A DNA stretch of 42,048 nt from the IMG/VR virus record IMGVR_UViG_3300011441_000020, positions 1 to 42,048 of that record. The stretch is one strand, 5' to 3'. Each line of letters begins with the position of its first letter. Within the stretch, counting starts at the first letter, position 1. The stretch comes from a virus (taxonomy: Duplodnaviria > Caudoviricetes). The translations under genes were made by a program, and so were the position numbers. The notes beneath the pieces are model-generated. The model saw nothing but the letters and a program-made list of their open reading frames with translations, made no database searches and was not told where the DNA came from. This document shows, one piece after another, positions 34,365-42,048 of the stretch.

Positions 34365-36675
34365 TGGATTCTCCAGTCACTTTTTCAGATTGCTTCGGTT
34401 TCTTAGCCGGAGCTTTACCTGAAGTTTCTTGTTCTGCTTGCATCTGAGCTTGAGCAAGCATTTGCTGTTGTACAATCATAATATGAGCTTTCATATGTAA
34501 TAATACATTTTTATATCCATCACGATTCTCTACTTTAGCTAGCCTTCCGGCTGAAGAAACTAACCAAGAACGACAAATTCCTGCTTCAACTTCATGATTA
34601 TCTACATCAGAATCAATAGGAATTGATGGTTGCTCATTTGGAACTAACTCTTGACCAGTCTGTTCAGCAATCATCATTTCTTCAGGAGTAGGAGGTTGTA
34701 CAATAGGAACAGAATTAACTAATTCAGTAATTTCCTCATACTGTTTCTGTCTATCATCAGCTCCAGGTAGTTTGAAATTTGGAATCTTAATAACTTTAGC
34801 AATGTATGGAAGGTTCTCTGGGTCTAGCAAAGCGGCTTGAATTTCTTCATTATTAAGAGTAAATAGTTGCATAATAATATCGGCTTGCTGTGCGTCAGTA
34901 ATTGGAAGTTTCTCATCAGGCTCTAATTCAATATTTCCAATTTTACCATCAGTTTCTGCCTTTCTAATAAATACATTAATAAAATTACCTTGAGTATCTT
35001 TCTCAACAGTTTTTTCATCTTCAACCATATTCTTCATATATAAAGGAATAACTTTTCCAAATATTTCTTTCCACCAAATAGTCATCATCTTCCAAGGAGT
35101 TTGCAAACGCTGCAAGGCCATTCCTTTAGCCATTGCATATTCACTTGCAGTCCCAGAAGAACCCTGACCTTGTGTTCCACCGAATAAACTTGGAAGAGCA
35201 CCAGAAACAAATTGTCCTAATTGTTGAACAATATTATAGAAGTTAAATACTTCGGGAGAAAGACTAGCTGTTTGAGATGTATGAAAACCATCACTAATAT
35301 TTCTACTTCCTGATACAGGTTTAGTAGGAGTCAATGTTCCAGGCATTGCTTCTATCTGCCTCTGAGCATTGAAATTCACAAGAGCCGGATCAGCCCAAGT
35401 TTGAGCAATACCATGCTCAATTGTTTGTAGAGTTAGAGAGATTAGATCATTTGTAATATCTTGAATATTAGTTAGTAATTCTCCAAGAGGATCATGACTT
35501 AGAAAGTCAGACATTGGATTTTCAGTTATTGTCCAACAATCATCTAGAGCTTCATTCTCATAATCTGCAATAATATCATTAACCATTGCAACTCTAACTC
35601 CATCTGGGAATAACTTCTTTAACTTCTTATAATTCTCTTCTGGTAAAATATTAAGAGCTGAAACTCGAAGCCAAGAATTTTTTACAGTCACAGTTTCAGT
35701 GGGGAATTCTCCACGATACTGTGTATTCAATCTACCATATTGTTCATATGGATCATTAACACCAATATTACTCCAGCCACCATGTGGAACTTTATCTCTC
35801 AATTTAGGATAGCATTCTAGAGCATTGGAATAATGAGTTTCATGAGAAAATATTAAATATGGAGTATCTTTCTGCTTCTTAGCATAATTAGCTACCTTAA
35901 CATACAATCCACCATAAACCTCTAAACAAATTCTAGACTTTGGAGATTTAGTAGTTCCAACTAGACGAGGAACAATAAGTTTCTGCTTTTGTAAAGCAGG
36001 ATCTAAAAGTGTTCCACATTCAAGACAAGTTGGACCCTCTTCATCAAAAACATTTTTAATATCTACATCATCTTCATCAGGGGCATACTCATACATTTCT
36101 TCATTACTAAACATAAAATCAGGAACTCTACTCTGACATACTGGACAAACATAAGATTCTACTTCTTCATCTTCATACTTAGGAGTCTCATAAGTTCCAT
36201 ATTTCTCATTCTTATCAGGATATGAATAACAAGCTATCATTCCTTCTGTACAATAAATATATAACGCATGTAACCATAAGAACATTACATTATTATGCTT
36301 ATAGACTAACTCTGCAATCTTATCTCCTGCTTTAGCTGTTGATAAGTCTAGTGGATTATCAGCATCATCTGGAACACAATTAATAGCAGGAATTTGAATA
36401 CTCAATGCGGCTATAATAGTCTCTAAGAATGCTTTAAATACGTTGACTGGCCTGTCGTAATAATCTTGATCTGTGTCAGTAGAATTAATATCTCGATTAT
36501 AGATACGGTAATCATGTGCTGTTTCACTCCAGTAGATTTGAGAGAAATTATTCCAGTAAAGTTTTAATCTTCTCCAATGACGAATTTGACGTTCTCTCGT
36601 GAGTCGATCTTCTTTGTCGAAGTGTTCTACGACAGTTTTAAGAAGAGAGCAAGTTTCTTCGTTTAGTTCCTTCAT
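34342..36675 (-). CDS. Portal protein (P22-like) with an internal Zn-ribbon insertion
   Basis: 777 aa; NVFKAF, GTASEY, Gln-rich C-terminus; CPVC...CLEC insertion. Confidence 0.85.
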   Translation of the reverse strand: MKELNEETCSLLKTVVEHFDKEDRLTRERQIRHWRRLKLYWNNFSQIYWSETAHDYRIYNRDINSTDTDQDYYDRPVNVFKAFLETIIAALSIQIPAINCVPDDADNPLDLSTAKAGDKIAELVYKHNNVMFLWLHALYIYCTEGMIACYSYPDKNEKYGTYETPKYEDEEVESYVCPVCQSRVPDFMFSNEEMYEYAPDEDDVDIKNVFDEEGPTCLECGTLLDPALQKQKLIVPRLVGTTKSPKSRICLEVYGGLYVKVANYAKKQKDTPYLIFSHETHYSNALECYPKLRDKVPHGGWSNIGVNDPYEQYGRLNTQYRGEFPTETVTVKNSWLRVSALNILPEENYKKLKKLFPDGVRVAMVNDIIADYENEALDDCWTITENPMSDFLSHDPLGELLTNIQDITNDLISLTLQTIEHGIAQTWADPALVNFNAQRQIEAMPGTLTPTKPVSGSRNISDGFHTSQTASLSPEVFNFYNIVQQLGQFVSGALPSLFGGTQGQGSSGTASEYAMAKGMALQRLQTPWKMMTIWWKEIFGKVIPLYMKNMVEDEKTVEKDTQGNFINVFIRKAETDGKIGNIELEPDEKLPITDAQQADIIMQLFTLNNEEIQAALLDPENLPYIAKVIKIPNFKLPGADDRQKQYEEITELVNSVPIVQPPTPEEMMIAEQTGQELVPNEQPSIPIDSDVDNHEVEAGICRSWLVSSAGRLAKVENRDGYKNVLLHMKAHIMIVQQQMLAQAQMQAEQETSGKAPAKKPKQSEKVTGESNARNPIA

Positions 36676-36836
36676 TACTTTTTGCTCTTCTTCATAAACA
36701 TACTGCGCTTCTTAGCTGGTGTCTTTTTTACCATTTCCTTAGCGACTGCTTCACTAGGACCAATACCTTTATTTGATTTACCACCGTGAGCTATCATTGC
36801 CATAAATCTATATTGCTTTCCACTTTTGGCTGGCAC
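36675..36836 (-). CDS. Small basic protein (MPAKSGKQYRFMAM...), DUF3008-like start
   Basis: 53 aa; GTG start overlaps the upstream TAG; missed by the ORF track. Confidence 0.7.
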   Translation of the reverse strand: MPAKSGKQYRFMAMIAHGGKSNKGIGPSEAVAKEMVKKTPAKKRSMFMKKSKK

Positions 36837-37111
36837 TACTTCTTCTTTTTAAACATTGATTTATGTTTTCCTTTTTTATCTTTCATAGCTTTCTTAATAA
36901 AGTTAGAATCTGAAGGACCAATACCCTTTCTCATTTTATGAATTGTACTCTTATGACTTTCTTCATCTTCTTTGATCTCTCTAATTTTAGATTTCATCTT
37001 AGGTTCATCTTCATCTTCTAATTCATCTTCACGTTCATCATAAATCTCAATAGCTTCATCTTCATCTTCTTCATCTTTTTTAAGATTCTTTAAAAGTCTA
37101 CTCTTAGCCAT
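36836..37111 (-). CDS. Highly charged small protein
   Basis: Acidic block followed by a basic block; KGIGPS. Confidence 0.7.
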   Translation of the reverse strand: MAKSRLLKNLKKDEEDEDEAIEIYDEREDELEDEDEPKMKSKIREIKEDEESHKSTIHKMRKGIGPSDSNFIKKAMKDKKGKHKSMFKKKK

Positions 37112-37112
37112 A

Positions 37113-37340
37113 TTACAAAATTACAATAGATGTCGTGTTTCCAGCAACTACATAAGTAAGAGTTACAACTGCTGTCAGACTAAAAAAGAAACTTCCAGTT
37201 GAATCAACAATATTTACCATACCTTTAGAGAAATCGAAGTTAATAGCTTTAACCTCTTCAAATGTTTTAAGAACGTTTGAACCATCTAGTCCTCTAGAAG
37301 TAATATTAACTGTTGCCAGGATAATAGGAGTATTGGGCAT
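37113..37340 (-). CDS. Small beta protein, paralog of 37347..37580
   Basis: KTF-x2-V...DF-x-K...V-x-I pattern shared. Confidence 0.65.
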   Translation of the reverse strand: MPNTPIILATVNITSRGLDGSNVLKTFEEVKAINFDFSKGMVNIVDSTGSFFFSLTAVVTLTYVVAGNTTSIVIL

Positions 37341-37346
37341 ATTCTA

Positions 37347-37580
37347 TTACGAAATGGTAAGAACGGTGACACCAGCCGTAATAACCCAAGTAAATGTGCT
37401 AATAGCAAAATAATCAACATATGAGATTGTTCTACCTAAATCATGAGTAATCTTAACTGTGTTCTTAACGAAATCAACCTCAAAATTTACAACACCACTA
37501 AATGTTTTAGCAGTAATAGCCTGACCTGCTCCAGTTGTTCCAGTGTAAACTGCTGAAGCCGGAGATATGTTGTTTGCCAT
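37347..37580 (-). CDS. Small beta protein, paralog of 37113..37340
   Basis: Same pattern. Confidence 0.65.
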   Translation of the reverse strand: MANNISPASAVYTGTTGAGQAITAKTFSGVVNFEVDFVKNTVKITHDLGRTISYVDYFAISTFTWVITAGVTVLTIS

Positions 37581-37583
37581 TCT

Positions 37584-37937
37584 TTAAGCTCCCTTTTCTT
37601 CTGAAACTCCAAGCTCTTCTTCTAACTTAGTAATTGATTCATCAACTTTAGGAATATCAGGTTTACCAATATATTTAGCTTCAGATAGAATCTTAGCACT
37701 CTGTCTATCTCTCTCTTCTAATGCAATCCTACGACGAGCAAATGTCCCACCAGTTTGTTGAATAGGATTTAATTCAACAGGAGTCATCTCTACAGTCTTA
37801 GGTTGTAAGATATTAAGAAGTGTTTTAGTAAGTTCTTTCTTTTCTTCACGCTCAAAATCTAATTGTTCCTTTAGAGTCTGACAAGACTTACATTCTTCAT
37901 AATCTTTACCAAATAAGAACATGAGAAGTCGAACCAT
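37584..37937 (-). CDS. Hypothetical coiled-coil protein with CxxC
   Basis: CKSC followed by heptads. Confidence 0.7.
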   Translation of the reverse strand: MVRLLMFLFGKDYEECKSCQTLKEQLDFEREEKKELTKTLLNILQPKTVEMTPVELNPIQQTGGTFARRRIALEERDRQSAKILSEAKYIGKPDIPKVDESITKLEEELGVSEEKGA

Positions 37938-39631
37938 TAGTGAACTCTCCTTGAAAATCTTGATCTTCGAGAGACTGGAATACAGTCTTGTTGGACTTGT
38001 TCAGTAGTTCTTTCAAGATGTTCCATTTGTCTATAATATGAAGTCATATCTTTAGTTTCATTAACTTGATCAATAATTGCCTGTAGCTTAGCAGCCGCAG
38101 TTAGATTACCAATTTCACCATTTAGAAATCTTTTAGCAGCTTTACAGAAATATCTAAGATCATCAATAGGATCATCCCCTTCAAATTCAGCAATATCTTC
38201 AATCTTCTTCTCATCATAAATACACATTGGAATAGTATCAATTAGAACTTTACATTCTTCAAAGATTTGTAATATTGGTAAGTTATCTTCTTCAGGTTCA
38301 TCATAGAATTGTTTCTTATAATTCTCCAATGCAATAGGTCCATGATTTCTATAGATTTCTTGAGCTAATGCTAAGTCATAAAATTCACCTTTAGCTTTTA
38401 AAGCTACTCTCTTTTCCCAACGGAAGAAATCATGAACTGTTTGTAATCCAGCAATTCGACTTCCAGGAGTATTCTCAGAACTGGAAGGAACTAAATCTGA
38501 ATACTGTTGAAATTCATCAGCAATACTCTGAGAGCCTCTCTGTTGCCAAGCACTTCCACATAATACTGTGTGAATAGGCATCTCATTATTCTCGTTATGT
38601 ATTTCTCTTATCTCTGATGCCCAATACGGGATATCTCTTCCATACCAAGCTCGTTCTCTGTATATATAAACTTTACCGTTTGGTGAAATAGCTCCCCACA
38701 TTGCATAGCACATAGCTCTCTTTCCCCAGTCAATAGACAATATACGCGGCCACCATTCAGGTATTTGAAATCTTGGAATGACATGCAAAGCATTATTTGG
38801 TTCACCAGGTAATTGCATTGGTCGGAAGGTTGTGAAGACGCTTCCTTTGAATGCGTGCCAGTCACCATATCTCTTTGCTTTGTATTCAGCTTCTGAAACC
38901 GTTTTTAGAATTTCAAGCTTCTTTACATATAGTGGATCATATTCCATTCCATAAGGGTTATCTTCTGCTTTGGCAGGAATAAAGATACGATACAATCCTG
39001 TAGAAACATCTTTGATAATACATCTACCATCTTCATGTGGCTTAACAAATCTATCATATACCCAAGTCTGTCCAATCCCTCCTGGATTAGTACCATTTCT
39101 TACGATGGCGATATTAAAAGAACTAGAAGGGCGAACGCGACTGCCAACCATATAGTGATAAGGATAAGAAGGAAAGTGGGTAACTTCATCAAAAGCACAA
39201 TAATTATACTGAGAAGAATCATACATCGTAATATCTCCGGCATGTTGAACATGACCAAAGTCTTGATAAGACTGATACTCTTTCCATTCCCAACTATGCT
39301 TTTGTTCATTATATGTAGCTCCTGTTTTAGGATAGTATTCTTTACTTAAACGAATAATTTCACGTTCAAGATCAGGAAATTTATTACGAAGAATAATACC
39401 CTTGTATCCTCTAAACTTATAAAAACCTCTGAACAAAGGTAATAGAGTGAGAATCCAACTTTTACCACCATAAGCGGCTCCTCCGTAAAGAGCTTCAAAG
39501 ACTTCATCAGGAAGTCTCAATAGTTCTTCTTGAACTTCATGTGGCTTAATATTTTTGTCTTTAAGAAAGTCTTCATATAAGCCGTTACCAGGATCAGAAG
39601 AAATAATTCCATTAGTTAATGAGATACCCAT
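37937..39631 (-). CDS. terL: Terminase large subunit
   Basis: YGGAAYGGKS (Walker A), FDEVT (Walker B), TNPGG (motif III), SIDWG and DDPIDDLRY nuclease aspartates. Confidence 0.95.
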   Translation of the reverse strand: MGISLTNGIISSDPGNGLYEDFLKDKNIKPHEVQEELLRLPDEVFEALYGGAAYGGKSWILTLLPLFRGFYKFRGYKGIILRNKFPDLEREIIRLSKEYYPKTGATYNEQKHSWEWKEYQSYQDFGHVQHAGDITMYDSSQYNYCAFDEVTHFPSYPYHYMVGSRVRPSSSFNIAIVRNGTNPGGIGQTWVYDRFVKPHEDGRCIIKDVSTGLYRIFIPAKAEDNPYGMEYDPLYVKKLEILKTVSEAEYKAKRYGDWHAFKGSVFTTFRPMQLPGEPNNALHVIPRFQIPEWWPRILSIDWGKRAMCYAMWGAISPNGKVYIYRERAWYGRDIPYWASEIREIHNENNEMPIHTVLCGSAWQQRGSQSIADEFQQYSDLVPSSSENTPGSRIAGLQTVHDFFRWEKRVALKAKGEFYDLALAQEIYRNHGPIALENYKKQFYDEPEEDNLPILQIFEECKVLIDTIPMCIYDEKKIEDIAEFEGDDPIDDLRYFCKAAKRFLNGEIGNLTAAAKLQAIIDQVNETKDMTSYYRQMEHLERTTEQVQQDCIPVSRRSRFSRRVH

Positions 39632-39635
39632 AGTA

Positions 39636-39797
39636 TTAATCTTCTACAACTAATTTATGTTCTTTGCAATATTGTGCCCACATCAAATCTATTCTCATTT
39701 TAATAATTCTCCAATCACCATACATCTTTATCATAATTAATAACATTGGAATTCCAGTGAGAAGATTTCCAACGCTAATGTCCCAAGAGAAACGCAT
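39636..39797 (-). CDS. Small single-TM membrane protein (holin or other lysis candidate)
   Basis: MRFSWDISVGNLLTGIPMLLIMIKMYGDWRII...; 53 aa; missed by the ORF track. Confidence 0.5.
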   Translation of the reverse strand: MRFSWDISVGNLLTGIPMLLIMIKMYGDWRIIKMRIDLMWAQYCKEHKLVVED

Positions 39798-39799
39798 AA

Positions 39800-40156
39800 T
39801 TAGGGAGTTGTTGATTCTGTTAGAGACGCTTCTTGTGCATTTAAAGTTATAATAAATATATTATTACCAAAGTTAATATTAGCACGAATAAATTTTCCAA
39901 TAATAACTTTAGAAACTCTATATGAATCTCCATTAACACCATCACTATTCACAGCAGTTATAATTGGATACCAATTAATTGCATCATTAGATAATTCTAA
40001 TCTTATCATCCATCCTAAACCTGCACTACCACTTTTAATATCAATTCCATACACACATGCTCTGTTTGGTAGAGCAAATGGTGGGTAAGGTCCAGCTGGT
40101 GGAAGAAATTCAGTATGTAATATTTCTGTAGGAACACCGATAGGAATGAATTCCAT
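39800..40156 (-). CDS. Jelly-roll virion protein, paralog of 40158..40487
   Basis: IGVP, ELSNDAINW, IIGKFIRANI. Confidence 0.65.
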   Translation of the reverse strand: MEFIPIGVPTEILHTEFLPPAGPYPPFALPNRACVYGIDIKSGSAGLGWMIRLELSNDAINWYPIITAVNSDGVNGDSYRVSKVIIGKFIRANINFGNNIFIITLNAQEASLTESTTP

Positions 40157-40157
40157 A

Positions 40158-40487
40158 TTACCTAGTCTGACCGTTAATAACTAATGAAATAGCTGTAGCT
40201 GCTGCATTTGTTAACACATTAGCTCTAACAAATTTTCCAATGATTGTATCAACAATAGTAAAATATACATCGTTAATTAAATCTGCTTGACTAAAACTAG
40301 CAACAGCACCCCAAATAATTCCATCAATAGAACATTCAATATCTAATGTAAAATCTTGTGTAGGATCGATACTTAGTTGAGCTCCCCATACACAATATCG
40401 AGTAGGAATTGCAAGTGCTTCACTTGGTCCTGTAGTAGTTACAGATGTTAATAATGCTTTTGGAATTCCAATTAGAATCTGTTCCAT
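40158..40487 (-). CDS. Jelly-roll virion protein, paralog of 39800..40156
   Basis: IGIP, ECSIDGIIW, IIGKFVRANV. Confidence 0.65.
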   Translation of the reverse strand: MEQILIGIPKALLTSVTTTGPSEALAIPTRYCVWGAQLSIDPTQDFTLDIECSIDGIIWGAVASFSQADLINDVYFTIVDTIIGKFVRANVLTNAAATAISLVINGQTR

Positions 40488-40639
40488 TACTTGTTTCTTT
40501 CCACTAAAGCATTGACTGCTAATTTAAATGAGTCTGGATTAGATCTGAATAGTTCAAGTAGTTGTTCAATAATATCTAAGACTCTACCAGGATTAGTTTC
40601 TACTTCTTTAAGAAGTGCATTGAGAATGATCGTCCACAT
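40487..40639 (-). CDS. Small helical hypothetical protein (likely start MWTIIL)
   Basis: GAGGA RBS before ATG 40639; the longer ORF-track version overlaps 40653..41219. Confidence 0.55.
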   Translation of the reverse strand: MWTIILNALLKEVETNPGRVLDIIEQLLELFRSNPDSFKLAVNALVERNK

Positions 40640-40652
40640 CTCTTCCTCACTT

Positions 40653-41219
40653 TCAGGCCACATCAATGATTTCGTAGTCAGAAATTTTCTTTTGCTGCGG
40701 AGTGTAGAAGTGATAATGGACCTCACGATCTTTATTATTTTTACTATTCTCACTACGTTCTTTACGAATTGACTCAACGACTTTTCCGGCTGCGGTGATA
40801 ACGGCTGGAAGTTTATCAGCTCTAACATCATCAAGTTTATTCTCTAGCATAGACATAGCACTATTTAATATTTCTAAAGCTTTATCATGTGCTAAGCCAA
40901 GTTTAACTTGAGCATCATGATTCTCAATTAGATTATCTAACTGAACTTCTTGTGTTACAGGAGTAACAATGGTGGGGAGTGTGGAGGGAACTTGTGTAGA
41001 TTCTTTCTTAATATCAAATGGATTAAATATTATTTTTAATTCTTTATCTTCTTCTATTTTTTTACTAACTTTAATATCTACACCTTTAATTTGTGAAACA
41101 GAAGGTATGAATAATGACATAGCAGATTGTCTACCATTAGTTTTTAAAGATGATAATCTATTCATCAAATTCATAGGGGATGCTAATCTAGCAACGGCTG
41201 TCTTATCGTTTATTAGCAT
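40653..41219 (-). CDS. First late gene, candidate terminase small subunit
   Basis: Helical hairpin plus beta-like C-terminus (VHYHFYTP); head of the late operon; assignment by position only. Confidence 0.45.
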   Translation of the reverse strand: MLINDKTAVARLASPMNLMNRLSSLKTNGRQSAMSLFIPSVSQIKGVDIKVSKKIEEDKELKIIFNPFDIKKESTQVPSTLPTIVTPVTQEVQLDNLIENHDAQVKLGLAHDKALEILNSAMSMLENKLDDVRADKLPAVITAAGKVVESIRKERSENSKNNKDREVHYHFYTPQQKKISDYEIIDVA

Positions 41220-41257
41220 TTGTCTTTCTTTCTTCTCACACCCCGAGTGACTCGCCT

Positions 41258-41286
41258 AGCTTACCAGATTCTCTGCGTAGAGTCAA
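41258..41286 (-). promoter_or_regulatory. Sigma70-type promoter of the morphogenesis operon
   Basis: TTGACT-17 bp-TAAGCT with a TGn extension, about 40 nt upstream of ATG 41219. Confidence 0.7.
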
Positions 41287-41331
41287 GCTAGAAAACGCTT
41301 CAATTTGGCTTACATCTGGTCATAGGCCACT

Positions 41332-41400
41332 GAAGGCTTCAAAATCTGAAGCTTTCATTTTCTTTTTATTTTTTTCTTTTATTTCTTTTTTTATTTTTTT
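41332..41400 (+). terminator. Hairpin followed by a very long T tract
   Basis: GAAGGCTTCA-AAATC-TGAAGCTTTC then about 45 nt that are mostly T. Confidence 0.5.
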
Positions 41401-41417
41401 ATTTTATATTATCTCTC

Positions 41418-41455
41418 ATTAGTATAAGTTCTATTAAATATCATATTAGTATAAG
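41418..41455. repeat. 11-bp direct repeat ATTAGTATAAG (x2)
   Basis: 41418-41428 and 41445-41455. Confidence 0.6.
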
Positions 41456-41533
41456 CTGAATAGCCCGCTCTGCTATCTCCTCGGAGTCCCAATATATAGC
41501 GGGCGGTATGGGTGGTGTCACTACATTTAGAGC

Positions 41534-41563
41534 TTGACTCTTACCTAGTTCGTATGCAACGAT
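41534..41563 (+). promoter_or_regulatory. Possible rightward promoter
   Basis: TTGACT in the same AGCTTGACTCT context as the leftward promoter; -10 is weak (AACGAT). Confidence 0.4.
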
Positions 41564-41581
41564 GACTTTGAGGTAAATTAT

Positions 41582-41863
41582 ATGAGCTATTACGAGTGTT
41601 CTATCTGCTATGAATTAAATCACGCCGCACGTCTACATTGCCAACATTGTGGCTCAGTACCGGCTTGCTATTCCATTCTTGGACGACCAGCACGACTAAT
41701 CGAACATGAGACGTGGACACAATTTATATCAGTCGTTCGCGCGCATGGTGCCGAATCAGCTTCACAACATCGAGCCGTAAAAGTATACTTCCGAACCGTT
41801 CCCGCTACGTATTACGCTGAGGACATAGGAGAAAAACATGGAACACCTAATCAGAATATTTAA
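41582..41863 (+). CDS. Zn-finger protein
   Basis: CSIC...CQHC; GAGGT RBS. Confidence 0.7.
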   Translation: MSYYECSICYELNHAARLHCQHCGSVPACYSILGRPARLIEHETWTQFISVVRAHGAESASQHRAVKVYFRTVPATYYAEDIGEKHGTPNQNI

Positions 41864-41974
41864 TCAAACCATCCACACTCAAAAGCAACTGGAATACCAA
41901 AACCTGAAGTGATTGAGTTACTTTTACCTGTATTCTTAGAGGCTGTTGCTTACAGATTAAGAAAAGGTAAGTAA

Positions 41975-42022
41975 AAAAGAAATAGCCGCATAGGATTTTA
42001 TTCCCATGCGGCTATTTCTTTT
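41975..42022. terminator. Bidirectional Rho-independent terminator
   Basis: AAAAGAAATAGCCGCAT...ATGCGGCTATTTCTTTT, a 17-bp perfect inverted repeat. Confidence 0.88.
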
Positions 42023-42048
42023 CATGACTTACTTCGTCTGAGACTTGA

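Larger units (their letters stand above)
1..42048. mobile_element. Tailed dsDNA bacteriophage genome (podovirus-like), partial or near-complete
   Basis: TerL, portal, scaffold, capsid, adaptor, nozzle and ejection genes on the - strand; PolA, helicases and SSB on the + strand; no tape measure, sheath or bacterial housekeeping genes. Confidence 0.97.

Noticed and set aside
1-42048. Stop-codon reassignment or alternative genetic code
   Set aside because: Core genes are long and intact under code 11, and TAA, TGA and TAG all end genes at coupled junctions.
42023-42048. Direct terminal repeat or circularity
   Set aside because: The window end does not match the start, and the start is mid-gene.

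Overview
AT-rich (roughly one-third GC, by eye) near-complete tailed dsDNA phage (Caudoviricetes, podovirus-like architecture). No terminal repeat is visible and the left end starts inside a gene. The + strand arm (1-16650) holds early and replication genes: SNF2 helicase, papain-like protease, Cas4-like exonuclease, Sak4-like ATPase, SSB, a UDG-PolA fusion, a P-loop helicase, tRNA-Leu(UAA), a KGG stress protein, an Nmad1-like protein and many small Zn-finger or hypothetical ORFs. The - strand arm (41219-16651) is morphogenesis: candidate TerS, TerL, portal, scaffold, major capsid, decoration proteins, adaptor, nozzle, collagen-like fibre and three ejection proteins. A divergent promoter region sits at 41220-41580. 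Most notable: (1) a 1559-aa ejection-type virion protein with an internal GHKL ATPase plus HExxH metalloprotease; (2) genome-wide over-representation of the pentamer AGCCG/CGGCT; (3) an Acb2/Tad1-like anti-defence sponge gene broken by an internal deletion and missed by the ORF track; (4) a PolA with an aberrant motif B; (5) a ~63% acidic 49-aa DNA-mimic candidate; (6) a shared [KR]G[IV][GA]PS peptide in three head-module proteins; (7) structured intergenic RNA candidates. No integrase, primase, canonical endolysin or CRISPR array was recognised. All family assignments are from motif recognition by eye, not database searches.
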